Notes under the pieces: model-generated
What the model saw: the letters and a program-made list of their open reading frames with translations, nothing else
The model's database searches: none
What the model was told of the DNA's origin: nothing
Program-made: the position numbers and the translations under genes
Assembly: GCA_973895155.1 (NCBI GenBank)
Contig: OZ316893.1
Span: 5,222,171-5,286,170, forward strand
Length of the DNA stretch: 64,000 nucleotides
Origin: Marsupella aquatica
Taxonomy: Eukaryota > Plantae > Marchantiophyta
Reading direction: 5' to 3'
Shown: positions 11,201 through 28,152 of the stretch, piece after piece
How positions within the stretch are numbered: the first letter of the stretch is position 1
Layout: every line of letters begins with the position of its first letter

Positions 11201-14200
11201 GGTTTGCCACACATTCATCTTTTGATGTGCATGGGTTATGAGGACAAACCACGAAATGCTACCCAGATTGATGATGTTATTTCGGCGGAGATACCGGATC
11301 CTATTTTGCATCCAAGTCTTTATCAAACTGTGGTTACTTGCATGATGCATGGACCATGTGGTGCCCAAATGCGAAATGCTCCATGCATGAAAAATGGAGT
11401 GTGCTCAAAAGGTTTTCCAAAACCTTTTGCCTCCCACACCACATTGAATGAGGATGGATACCCGACATATCGCAGGTGCGTTGATTTCAATTACTTATAT
11501 ATCACGCTTTCATGTACTTATATTATATTTATATGTGTATATAGTTATATTTACCTATGATTTTTTCTTACTTTATAAACATTGCAGACGAGATGATGGT
11601 CGTACGGTGAAGAAGAAAAACTGTTTCTTAGACAATCGTTGGGTGGTGCCATACAATAAATTACTTTGCACACTTTTTGATTGTCACATAAATCTTGAAG
11701 TGACAAGTGGCATTGCTGCTGTGAAGTATATTTATAAATATGTGTATAAGGGATCCGATGCAATTTTGGTCCGATTATCACGAGCTGGTGGCACAATTGA
11801 GACGGAGGCAACAGTAGATGAGGTCTCAGAATATCGAGATGCACGGTATTTATTTCATTTTATATTTCTATTCTATTTTTTCTAATTCATTAATCAATTT
11901 CATCTTTTTCAATAGTGTACGTGAATTGTGTTAAGAGTTTTTGTACAATTATTATTTGATTCCATTTGAGGATTTCTCAAATCATACTAATATTTTTGTT
12001 TGTAGATACATCTCATCTGTTGAAGCATGTTGGCGCATTTTCAAGTTTTGTTTGCATTCGGAAGAGCCAAGTATTGTTCGATTAACTGTTCATCTTGAGA
12101 ATGAGCAAAGTATAGTTTTTGGTGAGAATGTAACGACCGAGGAGATTTTACAATGGAGGGTTGCAACCACATTGACAGAATGGTTTGCAACGAATTTTAG
12201 TGATCCTGAGACACGACAATATAAATACCATGAGTTTCCACTTCATTATAGTTGGAACAAGAACAAAAAAAAGTGGATCATCCGTAAGAAAAAGATTAAG
12301 GGCTGCGGATATCCCATCGGTCGTTTATATTTGACTCATCCAGGTATTATTTTTATCTTGACCTAATTGTACTCAAATAATTGAATTCATTATTATATTT
12401 AAAATATTTATTTTAATGAATTTTTATTATGCAGGTGAAGGAGAACGTCATTGGATGCGGTTACTTCTTCATCATATTAAAGGGGCTATTGGATATGACA
12501 GTTTGAAAACAATTGGTAATGTAATCATGCCCACTTTTAAGGAGGCAGCAATTAAGTTGGGACTCTTGGAAGATGATTCAGAGGTTATTGACTGTTTGAG
12601 GGAATGTTCAGAGATTCGGATTGGACGTGCAGTCCGTCAACTTTTTGTCATCATTCTTCTTTACAACACACCTGCACACCCTAAAGAGTTATGGGATCAA
12701 TTTGTAACATCCATGACAGAGGATCTATTGTATTTGAGACGTCAGGTATTCTTTTCTACATAAATCCATTTTTATTCATGAGGCATAACTTCTAATGAAA
12801 TGATTTAATGTGCTACATTTATCTTGCAAACTAACATTGGTAAACCACATTGTATTTGTAGGAGTTTGGGATGTCTGATCTTCCTCAACATGCTGTTATC
12901 AATAATGCATTGTTGGAAATTGACCGTTATTTACAAGATCACAACAAACGATTGTCTCATTTTTCTGATATGTATCAAGCAAATTTTATTTGCAATGAAG
13001 AGGCTCATTCTCATTTGGAGTTAGAGGAACTCTCATATGATCGTATTGCACTACGTGCATGTGCATTGGAGGGAGAAGAAAAACTAAATGATGGACAAAA
13101 TTTAATTTGGCAACAAGTGAATGATGTCTGTGAGACCGTATTGCAAGGTGAATCTCCTCGGGTAAGTATATACATTACCTTTCATATAGCTTTGCAACAT
13201 GATTATGAGATGCTTTATTTGACACTATGAATAAATTTCATGTCTAACTCAAGATTTTTATTTTATCTAGGAGCATCTATTCTTTATTGATGGACCAGGT
13301 GGAACTGGAAAGACATTTTTGTATAATCTTCTACTAGCAAGGGTGAGATGTGAAGGGCACATTGCTCTTGCCGTGGCATCATCGGGGATTGCAGCCTTAC
13401 TACTACAGGGAGGTCGCACGGCACATTCATGATTCAAGATTCCACTCATTGTTCATGAAAGCTCTACTTGCAAGTAAGAAGTAAAAATTGTGTTTATAGT
13501 GAAATTGAGTTCATAAAAAATACTAATTTATGAGATTTTGAGCTATTGGTTTAGAGATATAGTACAAATGTTATTTTTTCATATTTTTTTGTGATGATGA
13601 TGTGCAGCATAGTAATGGAGAGTGAAGTCGCGCGCTTGATCCGATGCGCATTATTGATCATATGGGATGAAGCACCCATGACTCATAGACATGCCTTTGA
13701 GGCTGTTAGCCGGACACTTCAAGATATCATGAAGAGTAACTTGCCGTTTGGAGGAAAATTGATGGTTTTTGGTGGTGATTTTCGCCAAGTGCTTCCTGTA
13801 GTTCGACATGGAGATCAAGCAGCCATCATTCGAGCCACCTTCAAAAGATCTTCTATATGGTCAAAGATAAAAGTGATGAGTCTAAGTGAGAACATGAGAG
13901 TAAAAACACTAGAAGGTATGTTATATTGTCAAGAATTGTTTTTTATCTTTTATGCTAGGTGTGTTATGATATTTATAGAGTATCAATTTCACTATTTTGT
14001 GTATGAAATGTTAATTTATCTTAACACCAACTCTTCCATGTTGGAATAGTTACTTCTTTAATATTTTCTTCAAAAACATTGACAACCTTTCTGGGTTTTC
14101 GTATATGTAGGAGAAGAGGCGCTTGAGCAACAAGGCTTTAGCGATTGGTTACTAGCAATTGGAGAGGGAACTTTGCCAACTGAGTCTGATTTGGGTGATG

Positions 14201-15058
14201 ATGTCATTCATTTGCCGCATGACCTGATAATGCCAACTGACCATCTTAGTGACCTAATTGTTGAGATCTATGGCTCAGATCCAGTGAACTTCAACAATGC
14301 TAACTTTTTAAAAGATAGAGCTATTTTGACCACCACAAACAAAGATGTGGATAAGGTCAATGAGGAGGTGATGCGTGGATTTCCTGGAGAGGTAAATCCC
14401 TTACCACTAGCAACATGAAGGGCTTTCAATTTTGTCCTTGAAGGAAAAAATTCCAATGAAAGTTAGCAACTTTCTCATGTTTATCCATGGAATTTTGCAG
14501 GAACATGAGTTTTTGAGTGCAGATTCAATTCCCAATGAAGCAACTGCCTTCATGTATCCCACAAAATTCCTCAATACATTGTTGCCATCCGGTTTACCTC
14601 CACATAAGTTGACTCTGAAGATTGGTGCACCCATCATGCTTTTGAGAAACATGAATGGGTCAAGAGGACAAGCTAATGGCACTCGCTTGATAGTTTGTGG
14701 TTTTGGGCATCATGTCATAGATGCAGAGATCATCACAGGGAAGAATATCGGAGACCGTGTTTTCATTCCACGCATTCCTCTTATTGCATCCGACTCAGGG
14801 TTACCATTTGATCTTCGTCGATTTCAGTTTCCTATCCGTGCTGCCTTTGGTATGACCATCAATAAGTCTCAAGGTCAAACCTTGGCAAAGATTGGGATAT
14901 TTCTACCAAACCCAGTTTTCTCGCATGGTCAATTATATGTGGCATTGTCTAGGGTTGGTGCTCGGACTGGTATTCGCATTATGATAGCACGGAATGCATA
15001 TCCGAATAAGGATGACCTTTACACAAGGAATGTTGTATACCGTGAGATTTTAAGATGA
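8230..15058 (+). pseudogene. Helitron Rep/helicase (RepHel), multi-exon, one in-frame TGA at 13430-13432
   Basis: Zn-finger CPSC..HWAGE..CC, HUH motif EFQKRGLPHIH, KYIYKYVYKG, Walker [47 protein letters not shown]. Exons ~9650-11475, 11588-11845, 12006-12343, 12435-12745, 12862-13161, 13271-13473, 13608-13915, 14111-14391 and 14501-15058 splice in frame. GGRTAHS*FKIP where Arg is expected. N-terminal exons are uncertain. Confidence 0.9.
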
Positions 15059-15610
15059 TTGCGTGATCATGGGAGGGTGTGTATCCATTGAGCTCTTGGT
15101 TACCCTACCACGAGCCTGTGCATTGATAGAACGGCTTCTCTGCTTCAAGCTGCAATAATCAATTGTTTCAATATTTGTTCAAGGTAAATATTCCTTCCAC
15201 ATTCATTTAAATTCAATACTAACTTGATCCCTCTTTTGATGACATGATTGGATCTTCTTAGCACTTGGACTCTTTTTGAAGAGGGTTATATTACTTACTC
15301 CACTCTCTTTGAGAGTTTATATTCCATCATTCGATGCATTCGATCTATTGCAATTGATTTCCTCCTATGACCGTTCTTTTGGCTTCTTCTTTTCGGTGTT
15401 TTTGCAGGTGTAGTTTGGGTTGCTTGGTTGGTTCCAGGCTCCAAGCAAATGGTGCACTTCTAGATATTCAAGCAGATGTGTAGTCTACAATGGACTATTT
15501 CATGGTGGCTGTCATATGACATTATTGTTGTATGTCATGTTGACATCTACAAGCCATCTAACATACCTTATGTTCAAATTTCCATCATTTGAATAAAATT
15601 TAGGGTTTTC

Positions 15611-15672
15611 CCCCACTTGAACCATTTTACCATCAAGTTTTGAGTCTTGATGGAAAAATTTCTCAAGTGGGG
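15611..15672. repeat. Inverted repeat (27-bp arms, 4 mismatches, 8-nt loop) near Helitron 3' end
   Basis: CCCCACTTGAACCATTTTACCATCAAG / CTTGATGGAAAAATTTCTCAAGTGGGG. Confidence 0.8.
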
Positions 15673-15851
15673 TTTCCCTTTGTCTTTTGATACACTATCC
15701 TTATTACTTTCTCAAATCTATTTTGTCTCAAGCACTTTTTGGTCCTCATCGCTATTGACGTTCAAAGAACGGGTAGTCGGAGCTAGTTTATTTAAAAACA
15801 AATCGGAAACAGTGCCGTGAATCGTACGATATGTCTGCATAATTAATCATA

Positions 15852-15895
15852 CTAGCCTATTACCCGTTCTTTGAAGATAAATAGAGATGAAGACC
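15852..15895 (-). mobile_element. 3' terminus of a second, oppositely oriented Helitron of the same family (5' extent unknown)
   Basis: Reverse complement TTCATCTCTATTTATCTTCAAAGAACGGGTAATAGG-CTAG-T matches the first element's end CTCATCGCTATTGACGTTCAAAGAACGGGTAGTCGGAG-CTAG-T. Confidence 0.72.
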
Positions 15896-17589
15896 CCTTG
15901 TTTATTTCTTATTTGAAGCCTGAAACCCACAACCCTAAACCGTTGATAATTATTTTCAAGTGATGTTGAGTCAGGCCATGTTATGCTCCCACCAGTGTTA
16001 TGGCACAAATAGAATTAGTACTATCCTATATTACTTGATATATGCATTCACTATTAGCTTTAGTGTATTGTAACATTGGTCCGTAACTTTACTTGAAACA
16101 AAAAAAGTTTTGGACTACACAGTGTTTCAATTGGTGGAGGAGTGTTGGAGTGTAAGTAGGTGTGCAGGGTGGACCCAGTGCCATCCCAACCTACTGGGGA
16201 TGATAAACTTGGGTGCCATCAAACCAATTGCGATGAGGTCACTGGTTGGTAACTGGATCTTGGCCCAATTTTAAAATCCTTTCCGTTCTCCGGATCTATT
16301 ATCATTTAAAGTAGCTCATGATCACCTCTGCCTTTGGCATGAGTTCGGACTATGTGTCATCACTTCCTTTCATTTCTATAATGTATTTCAGCCATCCGAG
16401 CCAAATGGAAACTCCCCAAGATAATGACCAAAGTGAACTGTTGTGTATATCTGGGATGGAATGGGATATTATGGGATGGATGGTCTCTTGTGTACTATAT
16501 CAGTTTTCTAACTTCTGGATGAGCTCAGAACGTGTTTGGTAGGCATGGGCGAGGCTTTACATGCAACTATGATCATTTCTTCCTATTTTGGTGGGCTAGT
16601 AAAAAATTCTAAGTCACGGAGCACAAGTCTTACATGCACTTATGTAGAGTGGTTTCAATGATAAGTAACGCTTGCCTCAATTCTCTCTCGATGTATTGTT
16701 TTGCAACCCCCATGTCAATCTATGCTCAACTAACCATGTCATCCCTTGTAAGTGGTTCGAATGACTTGTTCATTTTCTAGGTTCAGTTTCACTAGGAATG
16801 GGCTTGAGCTCTAGTTAGGTGTTTTTTTTCTTCATTTTCTTCTTGTTGTGTATTTTCTCTTTTTCTTCTCCTTGCATGTTTTTTTTCATTACCCTCAGGT
16901 GTGTGTTTTGGTGTCGCCAGAAGAAACACATAGCAACATGCTTAGTACAATATGTTGCCATGTGGTTTTCCACTATTTTGTTTTGCGTGCAATTGCTTTT
17001 GTAATTCTCGGGGGATTTTCTTTCAAATTTTCAAGTTTAGAATATTTTCTCAAGTGCTCATGTTTTTGTATAGAAACGTAGAGGCAAGATTTTTTTGGCT
17101 ATCTGGTTGTAAAGTGTAAATTTCTTTTGCATATCACTAGGGTGTGCAATTTTGGGTCATAAAGCATATTCAATTTTATTTGTTTCAAAAATAAAAAGAC
17201 ACAATTAGTCTGATTTCTCACACCAGAGCACTTTTTCACAAAAAAAAGATCACGGCAACATAAACCCCGGACCTAACCGTCATTACCCTATGCCTATATG
17301 AAAAAGGTTTTAAAAAATAAAAAATAAAAAATGCCTATATATGCCTATGTACGCTGGTGCTCCACTGAATTCGAGTTCGCCTGTTTGTGGCCACTCCACC
17401 CCTTCCGGCCACAAGGGAAAAGTGGAGCTTCTATCCACGTCGACCCTCGTCATCCGAAGAGAGGCAGGGCCGCAGGGGCGTGCAGGCCCCAGAGCCAGAG
17501 CGGTGCGCCCACCAGGAAGGAGAAACAGAGCTCGCTCGCATGCATCACCTGAAGAGAGTGGAATAGGATATGATTGTGTGCAGCTGCAG

Positions 17590-18206
17590 CGCTGGTGCTC
17601 TCGCTGTTGTGTTGGTGCAGAAGCTTGCAGAAGCTTGCACACCTCTTGCCTGGCTCTCTCTCCTTCTCGCACGTACTGAGTGTCTCGGAGCCCTCGGTTA
17701 ATTCGCTAGTCGTTACTTCGCAACTACATTACAGTAGGTCGGTATGTTGAAGCATTTTGCTCCAGCTCCGCGCAGCAATCTTAGCTCTTTGGATTTATTA
17801 GCACTCTGTCTCGTTCGTCGAGTGAGTGGTTGGCATTCAAGGTCGATGCGTTGTCTTTGGCTCGTTTTTCGTCCGTCATTGCATTTGGTTTTAAGGATGT
17901 TGTCAACTCTCGGCACAGAAAATCTTAGCTTTGCAAACGCGGGACTAGCTTTTCGAGCATTCAGTCGTGAGCGTTGAAACTACATCAATTTATCATTGGT
18001 ACTGATAAATTGATGCAATGATGACTAAAATTGTTGCAATGATGGCTGGCTTCTGCAGTTCACTTGCGACTACTCTGCGATAATCCGGACTCCCCGTCAC
18101 CATGGTCGAACAAGCAACTGCAAGAGAATTAAGAATCTAGCTGCTCAGTTCTTCCCCTATCCCGTGTCTGTGGAGAAGAGCCCTGCTGAGGACCGGACGG
18201 ACAACA
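17590..18206 (+). promoter_or_regulatory. Promoter/5'-leader module, copy A (upstream of PDS), homologous to 49248-49820
   Basis: Collinear shared blocks include AGCTCCGCGCmGCAATCTkAGCT, GCACAGAAA(A)TCTTAGCT, TTTCGAGCAT, TTGCAATGATG, CTGCAGTTCACTTG, ACAAGCAACTG and CGGACGGACAACA. Putative leader intron 17822-18058. Confidence 0.7.
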
Positions 18207-18300
18207 ATTGGGAGGGGGAGCTTGGGATTGTTGTCTGGAAGGCACTCTTCACTGACGCACGAGTGGTTCGAAGTGGGGGTTCACGTGCCGACCAGACAAA

Positions 18301-23315
<5,015 letters not shown>

Positions 23316-25853
23316 TTGGTCGGTGTAGAAGGCTCCCAATCGGTCTCACGCTCCATGTAGCTCCATTTATTTGTAGGGAAATTTTACTTTAACCAAGCTG
23401 GCACTTCCATCTTAGTAATTAACATCCATATACACCGGCCTCGGTACAAAGGAATGGATGGTGGTGCTTGTGGAGGAAAAATATAGATATTTGATTGATA
23501 TCCCGTGTACTATAATTCCATTATTGACACCATAACTGGAATGCCTGACGACGGACAGCCTTAGGACATATGGTTGCCCAAACCTTCCAGGACAGGTTGT
23601 GCTTCTTGGAAGCGGAAGGTACAAGGGCCCGAATGGGTTTGTGATTCGATGCAAATTGGTGATTTTGCTCAAGTAAATTATACGATTCGTCTCCAACATT
23701 GGGAGCGGAAGTTCATTGTAATTTCTGCCTTCAAAGAGACAGTGAGCATGACTCTTCAATCCTTCTCCTGTCTATTTTTCATTCTAATTATGAAAACTGG
23801 AATCTCAACTCAACTCCCAAAGACTTGCATATTCAACATGTGTGCTTTTGACTTCAAAGCAGGAGATTCTTTTGTGATGGGAGGCCAAGGTTTTACTGTG
23901 GATCTTCAGACGCGCCTAATTTTAGTTTGTACTAGCGAAAGGTTTTGGATTGTCATGATTACTAGGAGGATATCTTAACACAGGGAAGCTTTCGGATGAA
24001 AAACAACCGTCAACTGAACGACCCCTTCATCGGCAGCGCTGAGATAGAATTCGCAGCAGAAGGTTTCCAGATGTATTGGAAACTAAATTTCTCGTGATGG
24101 AGGTGCCTGGATGGACTTTTCCATAGGTCGAGAAAATCTGAGGTTGATGATCGTTCCATTATGAGCTTCATGACATCGTCAACCTCGGATCCCTCTTCTC
24201 TCCAGTTCAGCAGACAATAATGGTGAGCCTGAGTATTACAATCGACGATTTGACTGAACCACTCAGCCATCAGCCATCTCTCACCTTCATCCTAAGATTT
24301 CTCTCTGAGTCGTGAGAAGTCACAAACATCCGTTAACAAGGGAGATCATATTTGTAGACTCCAACCTAGATTGTGATACAAGTACACATCTCAGCCATTT
24401 GCTTGACGTAAGAAGGATTAGTTCACTCTGGAGGCAGAAGCCGAACTGAGAAATTTTGGTAATCAATAAACCCAGTTAGTTTCATGTTCTTCCCACTGCT
24501 ATCATGTGCCCAAAGTTTTTTAGTGGGCAGGAGAATTACTCATGATACCAGGAAATATTCTTATCCACATCCAATAATGTACGAGTGCCAACAAGCCCAA
24601 ACCACAGTGGTCATCATCAAGCACTATAATGTAGAATCCAGTCATTTTTCTCTCATCATCCTTTAATGAAATTCAACCTAGGTGGGTAACTATCCTCACC
24701 ATTCCATTGCAGACTGTATTTTGAGTGTCGTTGGATTTCAAAAGACAAGGTTCATGGCAGATACAGATACATGGATGAGGATGGAAATGTTAGGATTTGT
24801 TGGAAATTGTGCATAATTGTGCACTGAGAGGAGAGGAGGGGACGCAAGTGTTTGACAAATGGCATGAGGGACAGTAGAAAAATAGGAGGGGATTAGGTAG
24901 GCAAGCATGTGTGCTGGCCCTGGGGTAATAGCTTACTAGTAGAGTGCATACAAAGGTGTGTGGTACACATTGGAGTAAAATGGTATGTCTGGTACAAAGA
25001 AGTACTAATTGAAAGTAGGGGGAGAGAGAGTACACACTGGAGTACAAATGCATGTCTGGTATAAGCGAAGGACTGGAGTACAAAGGCCTGGCCTGTACAA
25101 ACCGAAGGCCAAGGAGAGGAAAGACTTTTTAGACATCCCAAATCTCAAGCGTGAGGTCACAATTCTTTTTTTTCTTCTTCAGGATTTAGCTTTTACCTTT
25201 TTTTTGTCTTTAGAGGAAGGATGCAGATATAAAACTTATTCCAAAAGAGGAGGAATCTAAAATATACCAAATGAATTCCCCTACAAGGCAACACAGAGAA
25301 TTTAAAAATATATATTTTGGGTGGGGAATGATTTTTCTGGTTTTTGTTATCTTTCTTAAGAGGGATGCTATCCCTTTTAGTTTTGTTTTTTGACCTACCC
25401 ATTGAGCGTGTACTAGCACACAAGCTGGTATCTAAGGTTGAATGCCCTATTATTCTTAAAGTAATGTACACTTCTCTACAAGATTCATTAGGTAATGGTA
25501 AGAGACTAGTTGTTTGTACTATAATCAATTGTTGTGTCATTGAGACGGGTTCTTGCAGGCAAGCATGAAAAAAATGTTATATCTATTTCACATATTCCAT
25601 TGATGTCAGATGGGCGTCAGATAGGGGACATATTTTCCTGTTAGGATTGAGGAGCCAGAAGTATTACTTCCTCATACCAAAAATAGTTGCGCAAAGTTGA
25701 TAGGATGAATTGAGTTCTCTACAAAAACAACTAAATACTTCATCATGTGTGTTTTGTTCAGTTCTCAATGTTGACTATGTTCTTTCACTTTGTACATTGC
25801 AATCTAGTCTACCAAAATTATTATTTATTAAACTAGTCTAGTCTACATTTTTG

Positions 25854-26015
25854 CATAATGCCATTTTTACGCAGTGAAACCCTAAATGCAACAACCTCTT
25901 TACGCAATGACATCCTTTAAGCAATGTTTTCTTTAATTTTTACAAAGATGTATTTTGTGCAACAATATCTTTTATGCAATGACATTTTTTGTGCTAACAA
26001 CATCTTCTATGCATT
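25854..26015. repeat. Degenerate ~17-bp tandem repeat (GCAATGACATCTTTTA-like)
   Basis: Recurrent GCAA(T/C)(G/A)ACAT...TTTA units read directly. Confidence 0.5.
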
Positions 26016-27414
26016 GAGCTAGTGCCGTATATTACAATATGTGAGGGGTGTACAAGCATACGAATGGTGGGCATACATTTATCACTTCTCTTACCCAAAA
26101 CAATTTGGTCGTTTTAGTATTTTGGATACTAGATTGAGTGAACTTTTGAAGGGAGTTCAAGATTTTGCATCCATTCCAAGCATTTATTTAAAATGCACTT
26201 TGTTTTGCTTCCAAAATGCAGAACACAACACAAAACTTGAAAAGGATTTAGTAAATTCTTTAACTAAATGGTAATTGTGATGACATTTCAAATTCTGTTT
26301 ACCTTCTCAACAATGACAAAATTAACCACAGCAGAGACCGTCAAGCATGGTTATTTTAAATCTTAACATTATTATTATACGCAATCCCTATAATCCCTAT
26401 GTGACTCATATGGGTGAAACCTAGCCTTTTGCATCCCCGGAGCAACCTCAAATGAATAATGTTTTGTTTACTTATCTTTCATGCAGCTTTATCATGTGCT
26501 TCAGAAAGCACTGTCGCTAGTGCATTCCCGGTCGGGATGGCTCAGACACCCTACTGCATTCCCAGAAAGCACTGTCAGCAGTACCTTACACTCATACCAG
26601 TAAAACTATTCTTCTTAGCAATCTTGTTCAATAAGGGGGTCATAGGTGTATCAAAGTTCCAAAGCTTACAGTAGCTAACTCACTATAGTAGCTAACTTAT
26701 ATTAGCGTCGCAACACAATCCTTTTCAACTTTGAAATCAGTGTTATACTTTTGTTCCTAACAAACAACATCATATGGCCACACACACGCTTCATAAACTG
26801 GGCACCAAAAACATATGTTTTTCTTTTGCCTAAACACAAGAATAGTAGAGGAGGATGTTATTATCAGAAAAGTTATTGCTCCAGGATTGAGAAGCCCTAA
26901 TGAAAATAATAATAATAATAATAAGTGATGGAGGCATCTTACTAATAAAGAGCAAACAGCAGCTAAAGTTGGGGTCTAGAGTTCTAGAATGAAGCCTCTA
27001 AACCCTAGCTTGAGATAAAGACAAAACTAATCTTACTGATAAAGCCGACAATGAAAATCAATCCTCTAGACCACAACTCTAGATAAAGACAAAACTGGGT
27101 GAATACCAAAAACAAGTATGGGGCAAAGATGAAGGGGAACAGCATAGATTCCTTTGCAAGGCTTTTGTTTGGTCTTTTTTGTTTGTTTTGAAATTTACGT
27201 TTATTCCACGTGAACCCCACGGATAGGGGGACCCCGCAGGCCAACAGGCAAAAGAGCCATAAAGGGCAAGAAAAGACAAAGGTCTCAAAAAGGAACCAGG
27301 GAATTCTATCGCCATCTAAAAAGCATCCAAGACATCAGTCAAGCCACGACGTAGGGTCCAGTGTGACCAACTGAACCGCAGCAGGTGTGAAAAGCCCTGA
27401 GTAAACTGATACCA

Positions 27415-28147
27415 TCAACCAGAACGGGTCAAGACCTGTCTGCAATGTGACTCAACACTAACAATGCTATCTCTCATCATTCTATTGCGTTCCTGCCCTA
27501 GGAGTTCCAAAGCACCAGAAAGCCGAACAAGTCTTCTTGAAGGGCCAGTAGCTTCCGCAACCGCAGTGAGATGATCCAATGTTTCAGAGATAACAAGAAC
27601 CTGATTGAAGCTCCTCTTTTGTGTCAAGTCAAAAGTTTGAGTATTTCCTGCCAGCCAAAGATTCCACAGCACTTGATAAAGCACAAAGAAACGGAGGGTA
27701 GATGGTGGTGTTCTCAGCGTGGTAGACAGTATCAATCCTACTAAGTCCAGCTCATTATCACAAATGAGACCATTCAGCCATCCATGGACAAGGGGCCAAC
27801 ATCTGGCTGCATGCCTGCAGCTAGAAAAAATGTGGGGGATGGTTTCTAGGACTCCGTAGCAAAGAGTGCAACATCCAGAAAATTTTCCAATTCTCAGGGC
27901 TCTGGAGCCAGAAAATAGTCCTTGCACCAGGATACGCCAGAGAAAGACTTTAGCTCAAGTAGATAGGTCAGACTTCCACATGGCTTGCCACATATTAGAC
28001 CATTCAGCTTCAGAGCAGGTCTTACCCCATATGCGGTTCATCCTCTCATAATCCGATCCCTTCGGACGAATCATCTCATAGGCACGTAGATTGGGAAGTC
28101 TAAAGTGCTTTAGCAGCAGGTTCTGATCCGCCCATCTCCACTGAGCA
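27415..28147 (-). pseudogene. LINE ORF2 C-terminal zf-RVT portion
   Basis: WQAMWKSDLST*AKVFLWRIL and CTLC..ETIPHIFSSC..A..CW. Removing 28153-32010 and one TSD copy restores the frame VETHA|AQWRW. Confidence 0.88.
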
Positions 28148-28152
28148 GCGTG

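Larger units (their letters stand above)
7750..15786 (+). mobile_element. Helitron, autonomous type (5' end approximate)
   Basis: Encodes a Rep-PIF1 helicase. 3' end has hairpin CGTTC-AAA-GAACG (15759-15771) followed by CTAG (15783-15786) and T. 5' boundary estimated only from the switch to AT-rich sequence at ~7750. Confidence 0.88.

Noticed and set aside
17310-17679. GC-rich overlapping ORFs upstream of PDS
   Set aside because: Promoter-like GC-rich DNA; no coding signature.
18102-18140. uORF MVEQATARELRI* as a conserved-peptide uORF
   Set aside because: The homologous ATG in copy B (49736) shifts frame after two codons, so the peptide is not conserved.
24010-24270. 86-aa minus-strand ORF
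   Set aside because: No recognisable domain or supporting exons; left uncalled.
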